From an uncultured Gemmatimonadales bacterium (GTDB taxonomy: Bacteria; Gemmatimonadota; Gemmatimonadetes; Gemmatimonadales; GWC2-71-9), in assembly GCA_963825055.1 (NCBI GenBank), contig CAWGSK010000006.1, positions 1 to 23,861 of the forward strand: DNA of 23,861 nucleotides. The letters run 5' to 3'. A program made the translations under genes and the position numbers. Under the pieces are notes generated by a model. That model was not told the origin of the DNA and did no database searches. It saw nothing but the letters and a program-made list of their open reading frames with translations. Below are positions 1 to 6,659 of this stretch, in pieces (the stretch's first letter is position 1; every line of letters begins with the position of its first letter).

Positions 1-125
1 GGCTGAAGGTGACCGGCGCGGAATCCGAGCTGATCCTGCCCGTCATGCTGCCCTCCAGGCCGAAGACGGTGGAATTCAACGACCTGGATGGGGTCCTGGC
101 GGAGGTCAAGACCGAGGGCTGGTGA
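1..125 (+). CDS. 3' end of a CDS entering from the left edge; product not assignable (loosely reminiscent of M1 aminopeptidase-like C-termini)
   Basis: Frame from position 3 reads LKVTGAESELILPVMLPSRPKTVEFNDLDGVLAEVKTEGW then TGA at 123-125, with GC3-rich codons. Confidence 0.7.
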   Translation, partial: LKVTGAESELILPVMLPSRPKTVEFNDLDGVLAEVKTEGW

Positions 126-150
126 CGCGAAACCCTCCCGAGGTCGGCAC

Positions 151-199
151 CGGCGAACGGGGAGCGGTGATTGGTGATTAGTGATTAGTGCCTGGGGAG
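151..199 (+). repeat. Degenerate G-rich heptamer array
   Basis: CGGCGAA CGGGGAG CGGTGAT TGGTGAT TAGTGAT TAGTGCC TGGGGAG in exact 7-nt phase. Confidence 0.75.
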
Positions 200-211
200 A
201 AAGTATCTTCG

Positions 212-260
212 CGATCCCCGATCCCCGATCCCCGATCCCCGATCCCCGATCCCCGAACCC
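212..260 (+). repeat. Heptamer tandem repeat (CGATCCC)x6 + CGAACCC
   Basis: Read directly: six perfect units and one variant. Confidence 0.97.
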
Positions 261-292
261 GCGGCCCCGGACTCACCTGAGCCCGGGGCCGC
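261..292. terminator. GC-rich stem-loop between convergent genes, probable terminator or 3'-end stabiliser
   Basis: GCGGCCCCGG (261-270) pairs perfectly with CCGGGGCCGC (283-292), with inner CTCA/TGAG. No U-tract. Confidence 0.6.
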
Positions 293-293
293 G

Positions 294-321
294 CCCTTCG
301 AACTTCGTCCTTCGTCCTTCG
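294..321 (+). repeat. Heptamer array (NNCTTCG)x4
   Basis: CCCTTCG AACTTCG TCCTTCG TCCTTCG, next to the BON gene stop. Confidence 0.85.
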
Positions 322-324
322 ACC

Positions 325-996
325 CTACAACACCGCAAACACCGGCGGGTCCACCTCGATGTGGTTGACCACGCTGGTGACCCCGGAGGCCGCCCACGCC
401 GCGCTGGCGGCATCGTTCTTCTCGGCCAGAGACGGCACCTTGCCGCGCAGGGTGACGGTATGGCCCTCGATCTCCACGGTGACATGCGAGGCATCGATCT
501 CGGCCTGGCGCTTGAGGGCCGATTCGATATGGCTGCGGACGTCCGTCCGGGTGGGAGCGGGAGCCATGGTGAGCGAGTTCACGATGCCCTTGACCCCGGT
601 CAGGTACCGGACCGCACGCTCAGCGGCGAGCCGCTGGTAGTTCCAGTCCACATCCCCGGTCAGGGTCACCCATCCGTTTGCGACTTTCACTTTGATCCGT
701 GGCTCGGGCACCTCGATGTCCATCTTGAGCGCGTTCAGCGCGGCGTGGGCGATCTCGGAGTCGGAGCGCTCGGTTATCCGGGACAGTTTCACCATGAGTT
801 CGTTGGCGATGGCCCGGACACCCTTGACCCGGGCGACGGCCCGCTCGGCCGCATAGCGCTGGGCGTAGGTGTCCACCGTGCCGGCCAGGGTCACGACCCC
901 GTCCTTCACGACAATGGCGATGTCCTCGTCCCGGATGCTGGGTTCCCAGGTCAGTTCGGAGACCACGTCCTGCTGGAGTGCGGAATCTGCTTTCAT
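325..996 (-). CDS. BON-domain protein (three BON domains, OsmY-like), 223 aa
   Basis: MKADSALQQDVVSELTWEPS...GVVTLAGTV...GWVTLTGDV...HTVTLRGKV...GVTSVVNHIEV gives three BON repeats. GGGAGG SD upstream of the ATG at 996. The longer ORF-track start (1257) runs through repeats. Confidence 0.92.
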   Translation of the reverse strand: MKADSALQQDVVSELTWEPSIRDEDIAIVVKDGVVTLAGTVDTYAQRYAAERAVARVKGVRAIANELMVKLSRITERSDSEIAHAALNALKMDIEVPEPRIKVKVANGWVTLTGDVDWNYQRLAAERAVRYLTGVKGIVNSLTMAPAPTRTDVRSHIESALKRQAEIDASHVTVEIEGHTVTLRGKVPSLAEKNDAASAAWAASGVTSVVNHIEVDPPVFAVL

Positions 997-1130
997 CTTT
1001 GCCTCCCTGCGTTGCAGCGCGGTCGCCAGGCCGACAGAGAGCCGACACGGAAACCGGCGACAATACAAACTGGCACGGGAGACCTGAATTACCTGTGAAC
1101 CGGGCGTGAAGGTTCCTGCAGTAACGCTCC

Positions 1131-1162
1131 TCGATCCCGCGACCTCCTGGCTTCCCGACCTC
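1131..1162 (+). repeat. Degenerate 8-mer C-rich array (CGACCTCC-like)
   Basis: TCGATCCC GCGACCTC CTGGCTTC CCGACCTC show approximately 8-nt periodicity. Confidence 0.4.
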
Positions 1163-1191
1163 CGCCCCCCCAATCGCCCGCCCTGCGTACA

Positions 1192-1247
1192 ACCTTTGAC
1201 TTTCGACCTTTGACCTTCGACCTTCCCGACACCCGATCTCCGAGGCC
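1192..1247 (+). repeat. C/T-rich heptamer array directly upstream of the DUF481 start
   Basis: ACCTTTG ACTTTCG ACCTTTG ACCTTCG ACCTTCC, then CGACACC CGATCTC CGAGGCC. Confidence 0.9.
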
Positions 1248-1251
1248 CCGC

Positions 1252-1986
1252 ATGCACGTCCGTCGTCCGCTCGCCTGTCTCGTCGTCCTCATCCTGGCCG
1301 CGTTTTCACTCGCGTCCGCCCAGGACGCGGAGGAGGTCAGGCCATTCCAGCTCCAGGCCGACCTGGGCTTCGTCAACGTGGCAGGCAACACCGAGGTCAC
1401 GTCGCTGAACGCCGGAGAAAAGGTCATCTACACGACGGCACCAGTCGTGCTGACCCAGACATTCACCGCCATCTACGGGCGGACCGACGGGCAGACCTCG
1501 GCCAGTACCTGGAAGGCGAGCGGGAGAATGGACTACGGCCTGACCGAGCACCTCGCTGTGTTCGGCCTGGTGGGTTTCGAGAAGAACCGCTTCGCCGGTA
1601 TCGACCGCCGCTTCGAGGAAGTGGTCGGGCTTGCCCTGAAGATCCTGACCGGTCCCCGGGACATTCTCGAAACCGAAGCCGGCCTGTCCTTCAACCAGCA
1701 GCGGACGACCACGGCTGTCGACGACAATTTCACCGCCGCACGTGCCGCGGCGATGTACAAGCATCTTCTGGGAGAGAAGGCCTTTGTCCAGCAGACGGCC
1801 GAGGCGCTGCCGAACCTTGAGGACTCGGAGGACCTTCGTGTGAACACCGAGACCGCGCTCGTGGCACCGCTTTCCTCGAGCATTTCCCTGAAGCTGGCCT
1901 ACGCGATCCGGTTCGATAACCAGCCCGAGCCAGGGTTCAAGAAGACCGACCGGATGTTCACGTCCGGGGTGCAGGTGGTGTTCTAG
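1252..1986 (+). CDS. DUF481/YdiY-like outer-membrane beta-barrel protein
   Basis: Signal peptide (MHVRRPLACLVVLILAAFSLASA-Q), LGFVNVAGNT N-terminal motif, alternating beta strands, FDNQPEPGFKKTD and C-terminal Phe. Confidence 0.85.
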   Translation: MHVRRPLACLVVLILAAFSLASAQDAEEVRPFQLQADLGFVNVAGNTEVTSLNAGEKVIYTTAPVVLTQTFTAIYGRTDGQTSASTWKASGRMDYGLTEHLAVFGLVGFEKNRFAGIDRRFEEVVGLALKILTGPRDILETEAGLSFNQQRTTTAVDDNFTAARAAAMYKHLLGEKAFVQQTAEALPNLEDSEDLRVNTETALVAPLSSSISLKLAYAIRFDNQPEPGFKKTDRMFTSGVQVVF

Positions 1987-2089
1987 TGGCCAGGGAACAG
2001 GGAATGGGGATTAGGCAACAGGGCGTTTAGCTTCAGGTAGCCCGATACCCGATACCCGATACCCGATACCCGATCCCCGATCCCCGAGC
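1984..2089 (+). repeat. G-rich heptamer arm (1984-2025) and C-rich heptamer arm (2041-2089)
   Basis: TAGTGGC CAGGGAA CAGGGAA TGGGGAT TAGGCAA CAGGGCG, a spacer, then (CCCGATA)x4 (CCCGATC)x2 CCCGAGC. Confidence 0.93.
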
Positions 2090-2094
2090 TTCCC

Positions 2095-2580
2095 ATGTCC
2101 ATGCCCAGCCTGAACGCCCTGCACGAGAAGCTCCAGCGGCTCGAGGGCCGCTGGGTTGGCAAGGAGCACCTGCACCCTTCGCCCTGGGATGACAAGGGCG
2201 GACCGGCGGAAAGCGAGGTGGTGAACCGGGTGGCGCTGGATGGGTTCGCCGTGGTGCAGGATTACGTACAGCGCCGGCACGGCAAGGTGACCTACCGGGG
2301 GCACGGGTTGTTTCGCGTGGAACCGGACGGCCACACGATTGCCATGGACTGGTATGACAGCATCGGGTTCCCCCCGGAGACGTTCCACGGCGAATTTGAT
2401 GGCGAGACGCTGGCGCTGAGCAGCAAGGGCGCCCAGGGCACCATGCGCGCGACCTGGACCTTCCACGACAGGAACCGGTACGACCACTGCATGGAAGTGA
2501 GCGGTGACGGCAGCGGCTGGAAGCCGTTCATGGACGGGGAATACCGGCGGGAAGGGAAGGGCGATGGCGAAGGGAAGTAA
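2095..2580 (+). CDS. DUF1579-like beta-rich protein
   Basis: LHEKLQRLEGRWVG...VALDGFAVVQDY...YRGHG...WYDSIG...FMDGEYRR matches the family pattern as I recall it. GC3-rich codons. Confidence 0.7.
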   Translation: MSMPSLNALHEKLQRLEGRWVGKEHLHPSPWDDKGGPAESEVVNRVALDGFAVVQDYVQRRHGKVTYRGHGLFRVEPDGHTIAMDWYDSIGFPPETFHGEFDGETLALSSKGAQGTMRATWTFHDRNRYDHCMEVSGDGSGWKPFMDGEYRREGKGDGEGK

Positions 2581-3085
2581 GGCGGGCGAGGTCGAACGGA
2601 TCGCGGAGGAACTGCAGGCCGGCTACGACGGCTCTCCCTGGCATGGACCCAGCGTGGCCGCCCTGCTCGAGCCGGTGAACTACGCCGTCGCCGCCGCCCG
2701 GCCCGTGGGTCACGCCCACACCATCTGGGAGCTCGTCCTCCACATCACCGCGTGGTCTGCCGAGGTGGCCCGGCGAATCAGCGGGGAGCCGCCGGGACTC
2801 CCCCCCGAGGGCGACTGGCCGGTACCCGCGGCCCCGACGCCGGCTGCGTGGAAGCAGACCCTGGAGCGGCTGGAACAGGTCCGTCGGGACCTGGAGTCAG
2901 CGGTGCGCGCCATGGCCTCCGCGAGGCTGGACGATGTCCTCGGCCCGGTCGAGGAATCTCAGGAGAGTGCCGGGGTAACCCTCAGGACGATGCTGTACGG
3001 CCTCACGCAGCACGATGCCTATCACTCCGGCCAGATCGCGCTGCTGCGCCGCGCGGTGGAGAGCCGGGAGAGTGATTATCCGTAA
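2564..3085 (+). CDS. DinB/YfiT-like four-helix protein
   Basis: PWHGPS, HTIWELVLH and QHDAYHSGQI motifs. ATG at 2564 overlaps the upstream gene by 17 nt. Confidence 0.88.
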   Translation: MAKGSKAGEVERIAEELQAGYDGSPWHGPSVAALLEPVNYAVAAARPVGHAHTIWELVLHITAWSAEVARRISGEPPGLPPEGDWPVPAAPTPAAWKQTLERLEQVRRDLESAVRAMASARLDDVLGPVEESQESAGVTLRTMLYGLTQHDAYHSGQIALLRRAVESRESDYP

Positions 3086-3092
3086 GGCAGCC

Positions 3093-3217
3093 AGTGGCGA
3101 GTGGCAAGTAGCGAGTGGCGAGTAGCCCCGCATGGCCAACTCAACTTGCCACTTGCCACTTGCCACTCGCCAACTCCCCGACTGCCTGCTGCCTATTCCC
3201 TACTCCCTATTCCCCCT
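3093..3217. repeat. Inverted heptamer arms (AGTRGCN x5 / ACTYGCC x4) plus a third array TSCCTAY
   Basis: 3093-3127 AGTGGCG AGTGGCA AGTAGCG AGTGGCG AGTAGCC; 3144-3171 (ACTTGCC)x3 ACTCGCC; 3183-3217 TGCCTGC TGCCTAT TCCCTAC TCCCTAT TCCCCCT. Confidence 0.92.
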
Positions 3218-3242
3218 TACTCCTTGCCTATATTACAGCCCT

Positions 3243-3316
<74 letters not shown>

Positions 3317-3377
3317 CTGGACTTCCCACTGTGCACCCCCCCCTCCCATCCGACGTCTCCATCGTAAAACGCGCCCC

Positions 3378-3405
3378 TTGCGCCCCGCATCCTCGCGGGC
3401 ATACT
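3378..3405 (+). promoter_or_regulatory. Putative sigma70-type promoter for the lipoprotein pair
   Basis: TTGCGC-N16-CATACT upstream of a GGAG SD and the ATG at 3440. Confidence 0.35.
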
Positions 3406-3439
3406 GACCCCTGTTACCCCTTGGCCGGAGCAGGTGCAG

Positions 3440-4741
3440 ATGCGTGCATATCCCGGGATAATCGCCGTGGCCCTTCTGACTGCCGCGTGCAACGATCCTG
3501 TTTCGACTTCCCGGTATGATGGTGCGGTCACCATCACCCCCTCCACCCAGTGGAGCGGGGGAACCGTCATGGTGACCACCGACCAGCTGCTGAACTATTC
3601 CACCACGCCCGTCATCACGGCTGGCACCGATACCCTGTCGGCGACGGTGGTGGACGACACCACACTGTCCGTCACCCTGCCGTCAGTCCCTACCAGTACC
3701 GTGTCTCTCGTCGCGCACGGATCCGCCGGCGACATGGCCCTCGGGATCGTGGACGTCCTCGGATTCAACCGATGGATCACAACGGGGGAGCGGGTCGGGG
3801 CTCCTTTTGTACCGTACCCAGTGGAACAACCCAGCGGGGTGCTCGGCTTCGACGAGGCCGGCCAGGTCGTATTTCTGCATGCGGCAACCGGCCATGTCAC
3901 TCACACCCAAATTGCTCCAACGCCGGGGTTCGAGCGCGCGATTGGAATGTCATATCAGCCTGGGGTGTTCACCGCCGTCGCCGGCGATTCCGTGATATTC
4001 TGGTCGTGGCCCTACCCGCCCGGCAGCGCTCCGGTGATGGCCGGGTTCCTGAAGTCTCCCACCTTCTACAGGGACGCGATCAGCGTCGTCGCACCCTGGA
4101 CGCTCTTTGCCACGCGCCACGATGTTACCGTCACCTTCCGTTCAGCGGATAGCGGCATCACCTGGTACAGCGTTTACAACGCCAGTGGAAATCGTGCCGA
4201 GGACTATCCGAGGGTTCCCGTGGTGAATCCCGACCGTACCCTGTTCACCATCTGGGCGGATGGAACAACCCCGTACGGAACGCCGGTCTTCGACCTGCCC
4301 GCCGCGACTCTGCGCTACCGGATTCCAACGTTCTTCTTCACGACCCAGCGCCCGTTCTTTGCCGACAGCGGAGATCTGTACATTGCCGGCGACAGCGCGT
4401 CGATCGGCATCGTGGCCCGTTACCGTGCGGAAGACGGGACCGAGCTCAACCGGCTCGAGCTGGCCGGCAGCCGGGTTGACGTCATGGCGCCGATCCCTGG
4501 TGGGGGTGGGGCATACATCTTCGTCATCGACCGTGATCCCGCCAGCGTCGATTATGTGGGGCCCCGTCTGATGGTGCTCGACCGAAGCCTCAATGTTACC
4601 GCCGAACTGATGGTGCCGCAGGACCAGTGGGAAGTCGTCAGGAGTGCCGTTTTCCACGCATTGATCGCTGATCAGTCGCGACGCCAGGTCTATCTCATCC
4701 AGCCTGGGTACGAGACCCTCGTCTTCGATGTCCTCAATTGA
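3440..4741 (+). CDS. Lipoprotein paralog 1: N-terminal IPT/TIG-like Ig domain plus probable beta-propeller with an Asp-box
   Basis: Lipobox LTAA-C; ITPSTQWSGGTVMV...DTTLSVTLP is IPT-like; SADSGITW is an Asp-box; ends LVFDVLN. Confidence 0.8.
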   Translation: MRAYPGIIAVALLTAACNDPVSTSRYDGAVTITPSTQWSGGTVMVTTDQLLNYSTTPVITAGTDTLSATVVDDTTLSVTLPSVPTSTVSLVAHGSAGDMALGIVDVLGFNRWITTGERVGAPFVPYPVEQPSGVLGFDEAGQVVFLHAATGHVTHTQIAPTPGFERAIGMSYQPGVFTAVAGDSVIFWSWPYPPGSAPVMAGFLKSPTFYRDAISVVAPWTLFATRHDVTVTFRSADSGITWYSVYNASGNRAEDYPRVPVVNPDRTLFTIWADGTTPYGTPVFDLPAATLRYRIPTFFFTTQRPFFADSGDLYIAGDSASIGIVARYRAEDGTELNRLELAGSRVDVMAPIPGGGGAYIFVIDRDPASVDYVGPRLMVLDRSLNVTAELMVPQDQWEVVRSAVFHALIADQSRRQVYLIQPGYETLVFDVLN

Positions 4742-4755
4742 GCGACGGAGGATGT

Positions 4756-6030
4756 ATGTATAGGCCAATTCTGGTGGCGGGAACGATGCTGGCCATCTGC
4801 GCGTGCAGCGATCCTGTATCGACTTCCCGGTATGATGGTCCCGTCACCATCACCCCCTCCATCCAGTGGAGCGGGGGAGTGGCCACGGTGACCACCGACC
4901 AGCTGCTCAACTATCCCACCACCCCCGTCATCACCGCTGGGACCGATACCCTGGCGTCGGCCGTGGTCGATGACACGACCCTGAGTGTGACCCTTCCGCC
5001 GCTGCCAAGCGGGACCGTCAACCTGATCGCTCACGGCTCTGCCGGTGACCTGGATCTGGGAAGCGTCAGCCTCGTCGGCTACAGCGGCAGAATCCAGGCC
5101 TCCGGCTTCCTGGGAGAACAGCAGCGCTGGTCCCGGTCCAGCCCGGCTGGCGCGCTCGGCGAGACCGCGAATGGAAAGGTCGGGTACCTGCACGCAGCGA
5201 ATGGCGTCCTCACCATCCTTCCGGTCGATGACGGCGCCTCGCCCTACGGCCCGGGAGCCAGCTACCGCGATAATGTGTTCACCGTACTCTCCCCGAACGG
5301 GGTCGATTTCTGGCAATACTCAGCTGGGGGAACACCGGTCAAACTCGATTCGGCCCCGGTGAGCAATCCGGCCGGCCGACCTGTCCATGAGCTTGCCCCA
5401 TGGACATTTCTGGTACCAAGCCACCACTCGATGTATATCGAGAAGTCCCCCGACAACGGAGCGACGTTCACGACGACGTACAATCCTTCCGCGGCACAGA
5501 CGGAGGAATCGACCTGGGGCGTGGTGTACGCCCCGTCAGGGTCGCTGGCCACCATCCGGGTGAGTGCCACGCCCATGGGCGTCCCGGTCTTCGACCTGCC
5601 CGCGGGAACGCTGCGCTATCGCGTGCCGTTGTACGAGCCTGCGGGAGGCGCTGTGTTTACCACCGACGGCGAACTCTACATGGCGGGTGATACGCTGTAT
5701 GGCGGGCCGGGAGATATCGTCCTGCGGCTGGACGCGAACACCGGGGCAGAGCTCGGGCGGACCAGCATCCCGGCTCCCTGGTCGGTCCTTGGGTTCGCCA
5801 CGGACGTCACCGAGAGCCGCCTCTATGCCTTTCTCTCTGGCTTTCCTTCCGGGCTTGCCGTGATGGTGCTGGACCGGAGTCTCCAGCCCGTGGCGACGCT
5901 CGCGGTTCCGGAAGGGACCGGCTTTTCGACCCTCTGTGATGGCATTACGGTCATTCCGGACGCTGCCCACGGGAAGGTGTATGCCATGAGCTGTCTCGGG
6001 GAGGTCCTGACGTTCGACCTGTTGAACTAG
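4756..6030 (+). CDS. Lipoprotein paralog 2, same architecture
   Basis: GGAGG SD, MYRPILVAGTMLAICA-C lipobox, SPDNGATF Asp-box, ends VLTFDLLN, collinear with paralog 1. Confidence 0.8.
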   Translation: MYRPILVAGTMLAICACSDPVSTSRYDGPVTITPSIQWSGGVATVTTDQLLNYPTTPVITAGTDTLASAVVDDTTLSVTLPPLPSGTVNLIAHGSAGDLDLGSVSLVGYSGRIQASGFLGEQQRWSRSSPAGALGETANGKVGYLHAANGVLTILPVDDGASPYGPGASYRDNVFTVLSPNGVDFWQYSAGGTPVKLDSAPVSNPAGRPVHELAPWTFLVPSHHSMYIEKSPDNGATFTTTYNPSAAQTEESTWGVVYAPSGSLATIRVSATPMGVPVFDLPAGTLRYRVPLYEPAGGAVFTTDGELYMAGDTLYGGPGDIVLRLDANTGAELGRTSIPAPWSVLGFATDVTESRLYAFLSGFPSGLAVMVLDRSLQPVATLAVPEGTGFSTLCDGITVIPDAAHGKVYAMSCLGEVLTFDLLN

Positions 6031-6147
6031 GCGGCGGGGGCTGGTGCGCAGCGTCATCGGGATTACGTTTCATGCTGAAACCGAGAGGTTGCCCCGTCCG
6101 TAGGGACCTCGAGACCAGCACAATCCCCCACGAGCCGGAGGCCGGAG

Positions 6148-6540
6148 ATGCGCCCAGTCCCATCCGACAAGTCCCGCACCGTCGCCCTGATCCTGGCGGC
6201 CGTCCTGGGCGTCTTCGGCGTCCACCGGTTCTACGTCGGAAAGATCGGCACCGGCCTCCTGATGCTGCTTACCATGGGCGGACTCGGGATCTGGTATCTG
6301 TATGACGTCATTACGATTGCCGGCGGCTCCTTCCGCGACGTGGACGGCCGCCGCGTCCTGCGGTGGGATCCGGAGGACGTCATGTACGACCAGCGGCAGC
6401 TGCCGCCGGAGGTCGAGGATGAGCTGGACATGCTCCGGGGGGAGTTGAGCGACCTCCACGAGCGGCTCGACTTCACCGAGCGGCTGCTGGCCAGCCGGGA
6501 CCGGGACACCCTGTCGCACACAGGGGATACCCCCCGCTAG
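6148..6540 (+). CDS. TM2-domain membrane protein with C-terminal coiled coil
   Basis: KSRTVALILAAVLGVFGVHRFYVGKIGTG is the TM2 signature. Tail LRGELSDLHERLDFTERLL. Confidence 0.9.
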   Translation: MRPVPSDKSRTVALILAAVLGVFGVHRFYVGKIGTGLLMLLTMGGLGIWYLYDVITIAGGSFRDVDGRRVLRWDPEDVMYDQRQLPPEVEDELDMLRGELSDLHERLDFTERLLASRDRDTLSHTGDTPR

Positions 6541-6659
6541 GCCCGTGGTCCATCGGGGGCGGCTACCGCTGTCCCCGCTTCCGCATTACCATCCCAATCT
6601 GCCCTTCAAACTCGAACACCGGCCCTTTCCCGGGCCGCGCTTCCTCATCTGGAGGATTC

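Noticed and set aside
1070..1086. TGGCACG as a sigma54 promoter
   Set aside because: The -24 box is present but there is no GC at -12 (GG-N10-CT).
181..1098. 305-aa + strand ORF with PDPRSPI repeats
   Set aside because: It is a translation of the heptamer array plus the antisense of the BON gene.
151..3217. Arrays as CRISPR or DGR components
   Set aside because: Units are 7-9 bp with no unique spacers, and there is no cas or reverse transcriptase gene. The lipoprotein paralog differences are not adenine-specific.
6036..6129. Multi-stem fold upstream of the TM2 gene (GCTGGT/ACCAGC, GTTTCA/TGAAAC, GAGGT/ACCTC) as a riboswitch
   Set aside because: Stems are only 5-6 bp, match no family I recognise, and a -10-like motif lies inside, so the 5' half may not be transcribed.
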